From NCBI GenBank assembly GCA_965223155.1, contig CBDCVR010000015.1, forward strand, positions 96,001 to 160,000: a stretch of 64,000 nucleotides of DNA, written 5' to 3'. A program made the translations under genes and the position numbers. This DNA is from Candidatus Multivoradales bacterium. Its GTDB lineage: Bacteria > Acidobacteriota > Thermoanaerobaculia > Multivoradales > JAHEKO01. Positions 49,321 to 60,809 of this stretch are shown here, one piece after another; the first letter of the stretch is position 1; each line of letters begins with the position of its first letter. The notes under the pieces were generated by a model. It saw nothing but the letters and a program-made list of their open reading frames with translations, was not told where the DNA came from and made no database searches.

Positions 49321-50190
49321 GTGAGCACCGATCGGAGCGCGGTCCGCGCCCTGGCGCTCGGCCTCGAATCGATGATCTCCCGGACCGGAGATCTCGTGCT
49401 GGGACCGTTGTTGGCCAGCCGCAACCGGCCCGGCGTGACCCTTCTCACGTTCCATTCCATCACCCGCTCGCCGCGCTTCAAGATCGACCTGACGCCCGGC
49501 GCCCTGGAGCGGGTGGTCCGAGGGATTCGCCGCGCGGGAGCGGCGATCGTTTCCCTGGACGCCGCGGTCGCGGGTCTCGCCGCCGGAACCCGGTCCGACC
49601 GGCACCAGGTCGTGCTGACCTTCGACGACGGCTACCAGGACTTCCTGACCGAAGCGGTCCCGATTCTGGCCCGCCTGGAAGCTCCCGCCGTCGTTTCGGT
49701 GGTGCCGGCCTACGTCGAGTCCAGGAAGGCCTTCGAGTTCGCCACCGGCGGCGGCCGCAAGTCCATGAGCTGGGACGAGCTCGCCGAGTTGCACGAGTAC
49801 CACCAGGACCTCGTCACCATCGCCAACCACTCCTGGGCGCATCGCGACTACTCCCAGATGTCTCTCGAAGCGGTCCGCCGTGACGCTCTCGACGCGCAGG
49901 AGGCGTTCGAAGCCCACTTGGGCCGGCGGCCCCGCTACTTCACCTATCCGTACGGATTCGCCCGGTCCCGAACCGACGAGGCTCTTCTGGACATCTTCGA
50001 CGCGCTCCTGACTGGGCGCTGGGGAGTCAATACGGAGCCGGGCGACGCCCGGCTGCTGCGCCGGGTCCCGCTCTTCGGACACGACCGGGAGCGAACCGTC
50101 GCGCTCAAGAGCCGCGGCTGTCCGACGACCTACGGCTGGCTGCGCCGGGCGGCGCGAAACGGCGGCGGCAGACCGCGGCTGGGCGGCTAG
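49321..50190 (+). CDS. Polysaccharide deacetylase (CE4)
   Basis: LTFDDGY, NHSWAH, FTYPYG. Confidence 0.88.
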   Translation: MSTDRSAVRALALGLESMISRTGDLVLGPLLASRNRPGVTLLTFHSITRSPRFKIDLTPGALERVVRGIRRAGAAIVSLDAAVAGLAAGTRSDRHQVVLTFDDGYQDFLTEAVPILARLEAPAVVSVVPAYVESRKAFEFATGGGRKSMSWDELAELHEYHQDLVTIANHSWAHRDYSQMSLEAVRRDALDAQEAFEAHLGRRPRYFTYPYGFARSRTDEALLDIFDALLTGRWGVNTEPGDARLLRRVPLFGHDRERTVALKSRGCPTTYGWLRRAARNGGGRPRLGG

Positions 50191-50309
50191 CCTGCCTCAC
50201 CGGCGTTCGTTGCGGCCGCAAGTGCCTGTGGGGACTCACCGCTTGCGACCGACCCGTGCCGCAGCGAAACGTCCGCCGAGGCCGGCGACCGGAGTGAGAC
50301 GAGCGCCGG

Positions 50310-51050
50310 CTAGCGCCGCAGCTTGGCCGCCAGGTAGTCCCGGTTCATGCGGCCGATGAAGTCGACCGAGATGCCCTTGGGACAGACCGCTTCGCACTCG
50401 GTGAAATTGGTGCAGGTGCCGAAGTGGTCCTCCATGGTCCGCACCATGGCCTGGACCCGGCTGTAGCGCTCCGGCTGCCCTTGCGGCAGCTCGGCCAGGT
50501 GCGCGACCTTGGCCGAAGTAAAGAGCTGGGCGGCGCCGTTGGGGCACTGGGCAACGCAGGCGCCACAGCCAATGCACTCGGCGGCGTCCATGGCCCGATC
50601 CGCGGCGGCCTTGGCCACTGGCAGGATGTTGGCTTCCGGGGCCGAGCCGGTGTTGACCGAAACGAAGCCGCCGGACTGGATGATCTTGTCGAACGGGCTC
50701 CGATCCACGACCAGGTCCTTCAAGACCGGAAAGGCGCGCGAGCGAAACGGCTCGATCCGGATGGAGTCTCCGTCCCGGAACTTGCGCATGTGGAGCTGGC
50801 ACGTCGCGGTACCGGCCTCGGGGCCGTGGGCGACGCCGTTGATGACGACGCCGCACGATCCGCAGATCCCCTCCCGGCAGTCGTGCTCGAACGCCACCGG
50901 TTCTTCGCCCTGCTCGGTCAGCCGCTCGTTCAAGACGTCCAGCATTTCCAGAAACGACATGTCCGGCGAAACCTCATCCATCTCGTACCGGTTGAAGCCG
51001 CCCGCCGACCGGGAGTCGGGCTGGCGCCAGATATGGAGGGTCAACCGCAT
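50310..51050 (-). CDS. sdhB: Succinate dehydrogenase/fumarate reductase Fe-S subunit
   Basis: [33 protein letters not shown]. Confidence 0.96.
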   Translation of the reverse strand: MRLTLHIWRQPDSRSAGGFNRYEMDEVSPDMSFLEMLDVLNERLTEQGEEPVAFEHDCREGICGSCGVVINGVAHGPEAGTATCQLHMRKFRDGDSIRIEPFRSRAFPVLKDLVVDRSPFDKIIQSGGFVSVNTGSAPEANILPVAKAAADRAMDAAECIGCGACVAQCPNGAAQLFTSAKVAHLAELPQGQPERYSRVQAMVRTMEDHFGTCTNFTECEAVCPKGISVDFIGRMNRDYLAAKLRR

Positions 51051-51063
51051 CGCTCGTCCACCG

Positions 51064-52979
<1,916 letters not shown>

Positions 52980-52980
<1 letters not shown>

Positions 52981-53657
52981 CAGTGAACGATCCCCAAGAC
53001 GACGGACAGAGCCAGGGCCACATTGCCGGCGAACACGACGGCTGCGAACGTCGCCGCCAGCGGGCGCCGCCAGGGGGCGACGGCCGGATGGTTCAAGCCC
53101 AGCGACTGCAACAGGCTCCAGAGTCCGTGGTAGAGGTGAAACGCCAGCGCCACGTTGGCGACGACGTAGAACGCCGACACCCACCAGACCGAAAACCCGG
53201 TCACGAAGTTGTGGTAGACGTCACCGGGAACGAAATCCGGATGCGCGCTTCCCCAGGTCAGATGGGCCAGGTGGTAGAGCACGAAGAGCGCGATGATGAC
53301 GCCCCCCCAACGCATCGTTCGGGACGCGTAGGTCGCCTTCTGCAGATCGAGGCGCTGGTAGCCGACCGGACGGGCCGCCCGGCTCTGCCGGCTCACCGCC
53401 CAGGCCGAGTGGATGTGGAGACCGACCGCGGCCAGGAGAGCGAAGCGGGCGATCCACAGCAAGCCGCCGTGAGGCAAGAAGGGCGCGCCCAGCTCGCGCA
53501 GTCCTTCGGCGTAGGCGTTGAATTTCTCCGGCCCCTGGAAGACCTTGAGATTCCCGGCCATGTGCGTCAGCACGAATCCGAACAGGACGAGGCCGGTGGC
53601 CGCCATCACGGCCTTCTTGCCGAGGGCGGACCGGTAGAGATCGGAGATCACGTTCAT
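52980..53657 (-). CDS. sdhC: Succinate dehydrogenase cytochrome b subunit
   Basis: KK.VMA.TG, heme-ligand His residues in 5 TMs, HLYHG; precedes sdhA. Confidence 0.92.
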
Positions 53658-53751
53658 TGAGCTTCGGCTCGCGGAGGTGCCGGCACGCCGGCGGGTCCGC
53701 CACGGCTATCTTAATCGATTCCGCGGCCGGCGTCCGCGACCGCCGGCGCTC

Positions 53752-55068
53752 TTACCGCTTCCGGCGCCGGCCCCGCCTGCGACGGCGCTTGCGGGCCGGG
53801 GATCGACCCGGCCGACCGTCCTTCGCACGGGACTTGGCCGGGGCCTTGGACTGCGACCTGGGCCGGGCCTTGGCGACCCGCCGCCAGCGTCTGACTTCCA
53901 CCGGATCCGCGTCCGTGGCCTCGGTCCAAACCTCGTAGACCAGCAGCGCGTCCTCGAAGAATCCGCGGCGCGAGTAGCGCACGCGCTCGCCGGCGTTCCA
54001 GCGCCGACGGGTGAAAGTCCGAAGCGCCAGCAGGCTCTGGGTCACAGACTCGACCTTGTGCTTGGCCAGAGCCAGCCGCCGGAGCAGCGGCGCCACGATC
54101 TCGCCGGCGAGGTCGCGCAGATGCGCGGCCTTGGCGTCGGCGGCGAACATCTTGGGAGCCGCCACCAATACCGACGGCAGGCACAAGCACGCCAGAATCC
54201 CGATCTCGCTCGCCGGATCGCCCTCGGCCGCGCGCCGGTCCATGACCCGGAACATGGTGGAAAAATCCCCTCGTCCCAGCTCCCGCGCTCGGGGAATCGA
54301 GTCAAGCTCCGGAAACAAACGGGACATGATGCCCAGCTCCTGGAGCCACTGCGCCGCACTCGCCGCCTCGCCGCAGCGCATGATCTGGCCGATCTCCTCG
54401 ACCAATCGCGCCGGCGCCGCCTTGTCGATCTCGGCCACCTGCCGGACGATGCCCTCCTGGGTAGCCGGATGGATGGTGAAGCCCAACCGCGCCGCCATCT
54501 CGCAGGCGCGCGTCATGCGGACCGGATCCTCGCGAAATCGAACGTCGGGGTCGCCGATCACCCGGATCACGCTGCGTTCGAGATCCCGCATGCCGTCCAC
54601 GAAATCGATGACGGAGAAGTCGGCGATGTTGTAGAAAAGTGCGTTGACCGTGAAGTCCCGGCGCAGCGCGTCGTCTCCGGGCGTGCCGAAGACGTTGTCG
54701 TCCGTGATCAGGAGCTCGCCCGGCTCGCCGGCCTGGGCTTCGGGATCGGGAGGGCTGCGAAAGGTCGCGACCTCGACGATGCCCTCGCGAAAGTAGATGT
54801 GGGCGAGGCGAAAGCGGCGCCCGATGATGCGTGAGTTCTTGAACAGCCGCCGCACCTGAGGCGGCCGTGCATCGGTGGCGATGTCGTAGTCCTTGGGCGT
54901 CCGGCCCAGTAGCAGATCGCGGGGGGCGCCGCCGACGAGAAAGGCCAGGAAGCCGGCGCGGTGCAGGCGGTACAGAACCTTGAGGGCGTTGCCGTCAATA
55001 CGGCCGCGGGAGATCCGATGCTCAGAGCGCGGAACGATACGAGGCTCTGGGGTCTCCCTGCGGGTCAC
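53752..55068 (-). CDS. pcnB: Poly(A) polymerase I
   Basis: VGG..RD...PKDYD, PAP signature IIGRRF, RRDFT.NAL, EDPVR; Arg-rich tail. Confidence 0.9.
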   Translation of the reverse strand: MTRRETPEPRIVPRSEHRISRGRIDGNALKVLYRLHRAGFLAFLVGGAPRDLLLGRTPKDYDIATDARPPQVRRLFKNSRIIGRRFRLAHIYFREGIVEVATFRSPPDPEAQAGEPGELLITDDNVFGTPGDDALRRDFTVNALFYNIADFSVIDFVDGMRDLERSVIRVIGDPDVRFREDPVRMTRACEMAARLGFTIHPATQEGIVRQVAEIDKAAPARLVEEIGQIMRCGEAASAAQWLQELGIMSRLFPELDSIPRARELGRGDFSTMFRVMDRRAAEGDPASEIGILACLCLPSVLVAAPKMFAADAKAAHLRDLAGEIVAPLLRRLALAKHKVESVTQSLLALRTFTRRRWNAGERVRYSRRGFFEDALLVYEVWTEATDADPVEVRRWRRVAKARPRSQSKAPAKSRAKDGRPGRSPARKRRRRRGRRRKR

Positions 55069-55158
55069 GGCAGCCGATTATAGAGGCCGCCGTCGCCGTG
55101 ACCATGTTTCCCGCCCCGGCTCCGCCGGCTTCCGCCGTGCGGCGGACCGGCAGCGGCC

Positions 55159-55851
55159 TCAGCGAGGCCTACGCCGGGAGTCTCCGCGCGAGCGCGTATC
55201 GACCGCCCCCCGCCGCCGGTACTCGCGATCCCGATCCCGCGATCGGTACTCCCGGTCGCGGTAGCGCTCGGAGCGGTCGCGATCCCTGTAGCGCTCGCCG
55301 TGCCGGTCGCCGTAGCGGCCCTTGAACCCCCGATGCCCGCGATACCCACGATGCCCGCGGTAGGAGCGGCCGCGGTCGAAGTCACGGTAGTGCCGGGACC
55401 GGTATCGCCGGTCGTAGCGGTAGCGATCCGCTCCGTACCGGTGCCGGTAGCTGCCGTAGGGCGCGGCGTCGTAGTAATACCCGGGCACGATCCAGCGGGC
55501 GAACGCGCGGAACGGGTCGAAGCGATGACGGCGAAAGTGGTGGGCCACGACCGGGCAGCCGCCATGGTGATAGGCCTCGCCGCCGGCCAGGTAGCAGCCA
55601 TCGAGACAGTTGTAGCCGGAGTAGCGCAGCCTCGGCGAGGTCCGGTAGTAGTGGTGGTCGAGATGGACTCCAACCCGGGGCCCGCCGAAGCCCAGCGCGA
55701 TCCCGAAGCCTCCCACCGAGACCGAGGCCGCCACCGAGAATTCATTGTGTCCGTAGTGGCCGGCACCGGCTTCGGCGGCCGGAGGGGCGCCAAGCGCCAC
55801 GAGTGCCGCCAGGACCGCGATCGGGCCAAGTCTGGATAGATTGGGTCGCAT
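55159..55851 (-). CDS. Secreted low-complexity protein with R/D/Y-rich tail
   Basis: GAGGAGG SD, signal peptide (AAEA), His/Tyr/Gly/Cys core, tandem RYRD/RGH repeats. Confidence 0.7.
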   Translation of the reverse strand: MRPNLSRLGPIAVLAALVALGAPPAAEAGAGHYGHNEFSVAASVSVGGFGIALGFGGPRVGVHLDHHYYRTSPRLRYSGYNCLDGCYLAGGEAYHHGGCPVVAHHFRRHRFDPFRAFARWIVPGYYYDAAPYGSYRHRYGADRYRYDRRYRSRHYRDFDRGRSYRGHRGYRGHRGFKGRYGDRHGERYRDRDRSERYRDREYRSRDRDREYRRRGAVDTRSRGDSRRRPR

Positions 55852-55953
55852 CGTCGTTCCTCCTCACGGAGTGTCCTTTCACGAGGGATGCCAGCGACGA
55901 GAGGCAAGAGCCGCGCTTGGTTTCCTCGAGCGGGCGTTGCTCGTGTCCCCGTA

Positions 55954-57165
55954 TCAGGACACCAGCGTGGAATCGATGCGGGTCTCGGTCACCAGGGTCC
56001 GGTGCACGGGACAACGCTCCGAGATCTCGAGCAAGCGGCGGCGCTGCTCGTCGGACAGATCGCCGGTCAGTTCCAACTCGATCTGGATGCGGTCGATCTT
56101 GCCGGTCTCGCTCTCGCAGTCCCGGCAGTCGCGAGCGTGAATCTTTTCGTGCGTCAGACGCACCTCGACGGACTCGAGCGGCCAATCCTTGCGGTCCGCG
56201 TACATCCGCAACGTCATCGACTTGCAGGCGCCCAGAGCCGCGAGCAGCAGATCGTAGGGGCCGGGACCCGAATCGGAGCCGCCCATCGACTTGGGCTCGT
56301 CGGCAATCCAGCGATGCCGGCCGGCTCGAACCTCGTTGACCAGCGAGCCACGGGCGGTGACGAACACCTCGCCGTCGGCCAGCGGAGAGCCTTCGTCGAT
56401 CGGCGCCAAGTACCGCGCGGCCCAGGCCGCCACGACGTCGCCGACAGAGTCCGCGTCGGCTCTCCGTTCCAGCAACAGATGGTCGGCGCCCTCCAGGGAG
56501 ACGAAGCTCTTGGGATGCTGGGCCGCCTCATAGAGCCTCCGAGCGTGATCCACCTTCACGATCTGGTCGTCGGGTGAGTGAAGGATGAGAAGCGGCCGGC
56601 CAAGAGCCTCGAGATACGGCCGAACGTCCCAGGTTGCCAAATCGGCCGTGAGCCGCGGCCCGATTGCGACCCGGCGGCCAATGAGCTCGATCTCGACCCC
56701 GACGCCGTCCGCCAGCTCGGGTGCCGCCGCCAGGAGCCGACGCTCGAGATTGTGCGTGTCACTAGGCGCGGCCAGGGTTGCGACCGCCCGCAACTCCGGA
56801 ATCTTGGCTGCCGCCACCAGAGCCGCGAGGCCTCCCAGGCTGTGTCCGAGGACCAAATCGGGCGGCCGGTAGTGGCCGCGAAGAAAGTCGGCGGCGGCCC
56901 GGACGTCCTCGACGTTGGTCCCGAACGTGGTCTCCTGGAACTCTCCGGTGCTTTCGCCCACGCCGGCAAAGTCGAATCGAAAGACAGCCAGGCCCCGCTC
57001 CACCAGCCGACGGCCGACGCGGACCAGACCTTTGGCGTCCTTGCCGCAGGTAAAGCAGTGCGTCAGCAGCGCCAGACCCCGGGGCTCGCCCGCCGGCCGC
57101 TCCAAGCGGCCCGCGAGCTCGGCTCCCCCGCTGCCCGGAAAACGAACTCGCTCGGTCGACGGCAT
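55954..57165 (-). CDS. Bifunctional alpha/beta hydrolase - OsmC protein
   Basis: HCFTC, GHSLGG, ADHLL; OsmC domain DEP..MGG...P, LGAC, RCPVH. Confidence 0.92.
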   Translation of the reverse strand: MPSTERVRFPGSGGAELAGRLERPAGEPRGLALLTHCFTCGKDAKGLVRVGRRLVERGLAVFRFDFAGVGESTGEFQETTFGTNVEDVRAAADFLRGHYRPPDLVLGHSLGGLAALVAAAKIPELRAVATLAAPSDTHNLERRLLAAAPELADGVGVEIELIGRRVAIGPRLTADLATWDVRPYLEALGRPLLILHSPDDQIVKVDHARRLYEAAQHPKSFVSLEGADHLLLERRADADSVGDVVAAWAARYLAPIDEGSPLADGEVFVTARGSLVNEVRAGRHRWIADEPKSMGGSDSGPGPYDLLLAALGACKSMTLRMYADRKDWPLESVEVRLTHEKIHARDCRDCESETGKIDRIQIELELTGDLSDEQRRRLLEISERCPVHRTLVTETRIDSTLVS

Positions 57166-57323
57166 CGGATCTCGTCCTTTCTGCGAGCCGCCGAATCAGG
57201 TGGCGAACCGGGTTCGGCGGCGAATCGTCGTTTCGCCGCAGCGCGGCGATAAGATCGGCGTTGGCGCGATCGGCCCGCACGGCCGGCCGCCGGCACACCT
57301 TACCGCGACCGACGAGGTACCCG

Positions 57324-58412
57324 ATGACGACCGTATTCTTCACCGGATTTCCAGGATTCCTGGGCTCCGAGCTTCTTCCCCGCGTCCTGACACGCCGCCC
57401 AGAGGCCCGGGCGGTTTGCCTGGTGCAGGCCAAGTTCGCACGCGCCGCTGCCGCCCGGGCGCGCCAGATCGAGGCCGCCCAACCCGACCTCGAAGGCCGC
57501 ATCACCCTGGTCGAAGGCGACATCACCCTGGACGATCTGGGCCTGGAAAACTACCAGGACACCGCCCAGGACGTGCGCGAGATCTATCACCTGGCGGCGG
57601 TCTACGACCTCATGGTCAAGCGCTTGACGGGTCTCAGGATCAACGTGGACGGCACCCGCAACATTCTGGACTTCGCCGAAGCCTGTCCAGGACTCGAGCG
57701 TCTGCAGTACATCTCCACCTGCTACGTCAGCGGCCGGTTCGCCGGGATCTTCCGGGAGGAAGACCTCGACGTCGGCCAGTCGTTCAACAACTACTACGAG
57801 GAAACCAAGTTCCTGGCCGAGGTCGACGTGCAGTCCAGGATGCGCCAGGGTCTGCCGGCCACGATCTACCGGCCCTCGGTGGTGGTCGGCGACAGCCGCA
57901 CCGGAGCGACCCAGAAGTACGACGGACCCTACTTCGTCATTCGCTGGCTCCTGCGTCAGCCTAAGATCGCGGTTCTGCCGGTCGTCGGGGATCCGACGTC
58001 AGTACGCGTCAACCTCGTGCCGAGTGATTTCGTCGTGAACGCTATCGCCTATCTGAGCGGCCGGAAGGAAGCCGCCGGAGCCGTCTATCAGCTTGCCGAT
58101 CCCGCTCCCTTGACCGTAGACGAGCTGGTCGATGCCGTCGGCAAGGCCACCGGCCGCACCGTGGTGCGAGTACCGGCGGTTCGTTCGCTGGCCAAGGCCG
58201 CCCTGGACTACGTTCCAGGCGCCCACCGGTTGATGCAGATTCCGTCGGCAGCGATTGACTACTTCGCACACCCGACCCACTACACCACCGACCGCGCAAG
58301 CACGGACCTGGCTCTCGCGGGGATTACGGTCCCGCGCTTGACCTCCTACTTGCCGACTCTCGTCGACTATGTCCGCGAGCATCCGAACATCGGTTCGGAA
58401 GCGATGATCTGA
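57324..58412 (+). CDS. Extended SDR / thioester-reductase-like (NAD_binding_4) protein
   Basis: TGFPGFLG, HLAA, NVDGT, YEETK, RPSVVVG; GAGG SD. Confidence 0.88.
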   Translation: MTTVFFTGFPGFLGSELLPRVLTRRPEARAVCLVQAKFARAAAARARQIEAAQPDLEGRITLVEGDITLDDLGLENYQDTAQDVREIYHLAAVYDLMVKRLTGLRINVDGTRNILDFAEACPGLERLQYISTCYVSGRFAGIFREEDLDVGQSFNNYYEETKFLAEVDVQSRMRQGLPATIYRPSVVVGDSRTGATQKYDGPYFVIRWLLRQPKIAVLPVVGDPTSVRVNLVPSDFVVNAIAYLSGRKEAAGAVYQLADPAPLTVDELVDAVGKATGRTVVRVPAVRSLAKAALDYVPGAHRLMQIPSAAIDYFAHPTHYTTDRASTDLALAGITVPRLTSYLPTLVDYVREHPNIGSEAMI

Positions 58413-58476
58413 AGAGCTCGCCGCCGGCAGGCCCCAGACCCTACGTCCGACCGCCGCACCGAACTGGCCGGCACGT

Positions 58477-58725
58477 CTAGGACAGCGGCGGCTCTTCGGG
58501 CACTGGCAACAACTCGACGGCGCTCTCCCACCAATCGGCGCCGCTGCCGAAGGTCGCACCTTCGTGGACGCAGGGCGAGGCGATGTGATCCCGGCCGACC
58601 ATGGGCTTGCCCACGTGGCGGGACCGGAACGCGGGATAGACCCCGCCACACTCCCTACAGAACCGGCCGAGCAGCCGGCCGCGCCGAGCTTCAGGGATCG
58701 AGCCAGCCGGAGCCAGCCGCGGCAT
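58477..58725 (-). CDS. Small hypothetical protein with CxxC...H...C putative Zn site
   Basis: FCRECGG...DHIASPCVHEG; immediately downstream of ndk on the same strand. Confidence 0.6.
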   Translation of the reverse strand: MPRLAPAGSIPEARRGRLLGRFCRECGGVYPAFRSRHVGKPMVGRDHIASPCVHEGATFGSGADWWESAVELLPVPEEPPLS

Positions 58726-58736
58726 ATGGCGCACGA

Positions 58737-59156
58737 TCAGGCTCCGATGAGCTCGGTCCGGGGGAAGAAGAACGAGAGCTCGATGGCCGCGTTCTCGGGC
58801 GAGTCGCTGCCGTGAATCCCGTTGGTCTCGATCGAGGTTCCATAGAGCGCGCGGATCGTGCCCGCGGCGGCTTCGGCCGGGTTGGTCGCGCCCATGACCT
58901 CACGCAGGTACTTGACGGCGTTCTCGCGCTCCAGCGCCAGAGGCATCACCGGTCCACTGGTCATGAAAGCGACCAGGTCGTCGTAGAAAGGACGTTCCCG
59001 ATGGACCTCGTAAAAGGCGCGGGCCTGGTCCTCCGATAGGCGCATCTTCCGGGTCGCCAGAACCCGGAAGCCCTCGCGCTCGAGATGGGCCAGGATCGCG
59101 CCGGCGTGTCCAGTGCCGACGGTGTCGGGCTTGATGATCGCAAGTGTTCGTTCCAT
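58737..59156 (-). CDS. ndk: Nucleoside diphosphate kinase
   Basis: ERTLAIIKPD, FMTSGP, GTIR, NGIHGSDS. Confidence 0.98.
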   Translation of the reverse strand: MERTLAIIKPDTVGTGHAGAILAHLEREGFRVLATRKMRLSEDQARAFYEVHRERPFYDDLVAFMTSGPVMPLALERENAVKYLREVMGATNPAEAAAGTIRALYGTSIETNGIHGSDSPENAAIELSFFFPRTELIGA

Positions 59157-59178
59157 GAGTCGGTTCTCTCCTATTGCT

Positions 59179-59913
59179 CTATTCCTCTTCGGAATCGTCC
59201 AAGTCCAGGGAGCCGAAGCCCTGCCAATCGGCCTCCGCTCCGTCCAGAAGCAGCACCGGACCTACCGATTCGATCCGGCCTTGCGGCCCGAACAGCAACG
59301 CCGAGCCGGCCGGCAGTCCGATCCCCCAACGCATTCCCGGCAGCCCCACGAGCTCGCGCAGCCTGCGATCGTGGGCGGGATCAAAGTTGGTCGCCACCGC
59401 CGTCCGCGGCAGCCAGGCCAGACCGGAAAGGGCGTCGCGACCGGTCAGGCTGCGAACCTTGGCCCCGAAGGCCTGAGCCGCGGCGGCGATACCCACGACG
59501 ACACCCCCCTGGCGCGCCAGATCCTCGAGCGCCGCCGGAAAAGGGGTCTCGTCGAAGACCTCCAGCAGCCGGTCGGCGATGCCGCCGCCCAGGTACGCGG
59601 CCGCGCACTCGCCGAGGCGCTCTACGTTCTTGCCGCGCCGCGCGTCCCGCCGGCGGTAGACCGGGACGGTACGCACCTCGCGCCCGACCTCTGGACCGCT
59701 CTGGCCCAGATAGGCCGCGAAGTGGCCGCCGTACTCGTCCGATCCGCTCGCCGTGGGCAGGAAGCCCACGGTCCCGGCCGGCGTCCTGTCCAGCCAGGCT
59801 CGATCCGCGCGCGCGGTCTCGCCGAAGGAAAACTCGCCCCCTCCGACGAGAACCAGCCAGCCCTCACCCCGAACCCGGTCGCTCAGCGCCGGTGCCGACG
59901 GTTCCCGGTCCAT
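59179..59913 (-). CDS. Peptidase S51 / cyanophycinase-like protein lacking the catalytic triad
   Basis: LVGGG, FLPTAS, YLGGG, GIAAAA (vs GxSAGA), ATNF (vs xxHF), GIGLPA (vs GIDE). Confidence 0.75.
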   Translation of the reverse strand: MDREPSAPALSDRVRGEGWLVLVGGGEFSFGETARADRAWLDRTPAGTVGFLPTASGSDEYGGHFAAYLGQSGPEVGREVRTVPVYRRRDARRGKNVERLGECAAAYLGGGIADRLLEVFDETPFPAALEDLARQGGVVVGIAAAAQAFGAKVRSLTGRDALSGLAWLPRTAVATNFDPAHDRRLRELVGLPGMRWGIGLPAGSALLFGPQGRIESVGPVLLLDGAEADWQGFGSLDLDDSEEE

Positions 59914-59936
59914 CTCCCGCTTTCCCGGCCCGCCGG

Positions 59937-60809
59937 CTAGGCGCCGAGCGCCTCGCGCATGGCGTCGCCGATCGCGGCCGGCGACTCGACCACCGAGATC
60001 CCAGCCTCACGCAACACCGTCATCTTCTCGGCGGCGGTGCCCTTGCCTCCCGCGACGATCGCCCCGGCATGGCCCATGCGCCGTCCCGGAGGCGCCGTCT
60101 GCCCGGCGATGAACCCGACGACGGGCCGGTCGAAGTGGTCCCGGACCCATTCGGCCGCGGCCTCCTCGGCCGAGCCGCCGATCTCTCCGATCAGCACCAC
60201 GCCCGCGGTCTCGGAATCGTCCCGGAACGCGGCCAGAGCGTCGATGAAGCTGGTGCCGTTGACCGGGTCGCCGCCGATGCCGACGCAGGTCGACTGGCCC
60301 AGCCCCAGATTGGTCAACTGCCAAACGGCCTCGTAGGTCAACGTCCCCGAGCGGCTGATGACGCCGACGCGCCCGGGCTGATGGATGTGGCCGGGCATGA
60401 TGCCAATCTTGGCCTTTCCGGGCGAGATCACCCCCGGGCAGTTGGGCCCGATGAGCCGCGTCGGATGGTCCTCGAGGAACTCGCTCACTTTAATCATGTC
60501 GTGCACCGGAATGCCCTCGGTGATGCACACCACCAGCTCGACGCCGGCGGAAGCAGCCTCCATCACCGCGTCGGCGGCAAACGGCGGCGGCACGAAGATC
60601 ATGGTGGCGTTGGCGCCGGTCTCGTCCCGCGCCTCTTCGACCGAATCGAACACCGGAATGCCCTCGACTTCCTGCCCGCCCTTGCCCGGGGTCACTCCGG
60701 CGACGACGTTCGTCCCGTAGTCCCGGCAGCCGAGAGCATGAAACCCGCCTTCGTTGCCGGTAATGCCCTGGACCAGGAGCTTCGTCTCGTTATCTACCCA
60801 GATCGCCAT
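59937..60809 (-). CDS. sucD: Succinyl-CoA synthetase alpha subunit
   Basis: [35 protein letters not shown]. Confidence 0.98.
   Translation of the reverse strand: MAIWVDNETKLLVQGITGNEGGFHALGCRDYGTNVVAGVTPGKGGQEVEGIPVFDSVEEARDETGANATMIFVPPPFAADAVMEAASAGVELVVCITEGIPVHDMIKVSEFLEDHPTRLIGPNCPGVISPGKAKIGIMPGHIHQPGRVGVISRSGTLTYEAVWQLTNLGLGQSTCVGIGGDPVNGTSFIDALAAFRDDSETAGVVLIGEIGGSAEEAAAEWVRDHFDRPVVGFIAGQTAPPGRRMGHAGAIVAGGKGTAAEKMTVLREAGISVVESPAAIGDAMREALGA

Noticed and set aside
57187-57239. Alternative hairpins (GCCGCCGAA/TTCGGCGGC and GCGGCGAA/TTCGCCGC) between the OsmC-hydrolase and SDR genes
   Set aside because: Short GC-rich stems with no U-tract or known motif; cannot be told from chance without comparative data.
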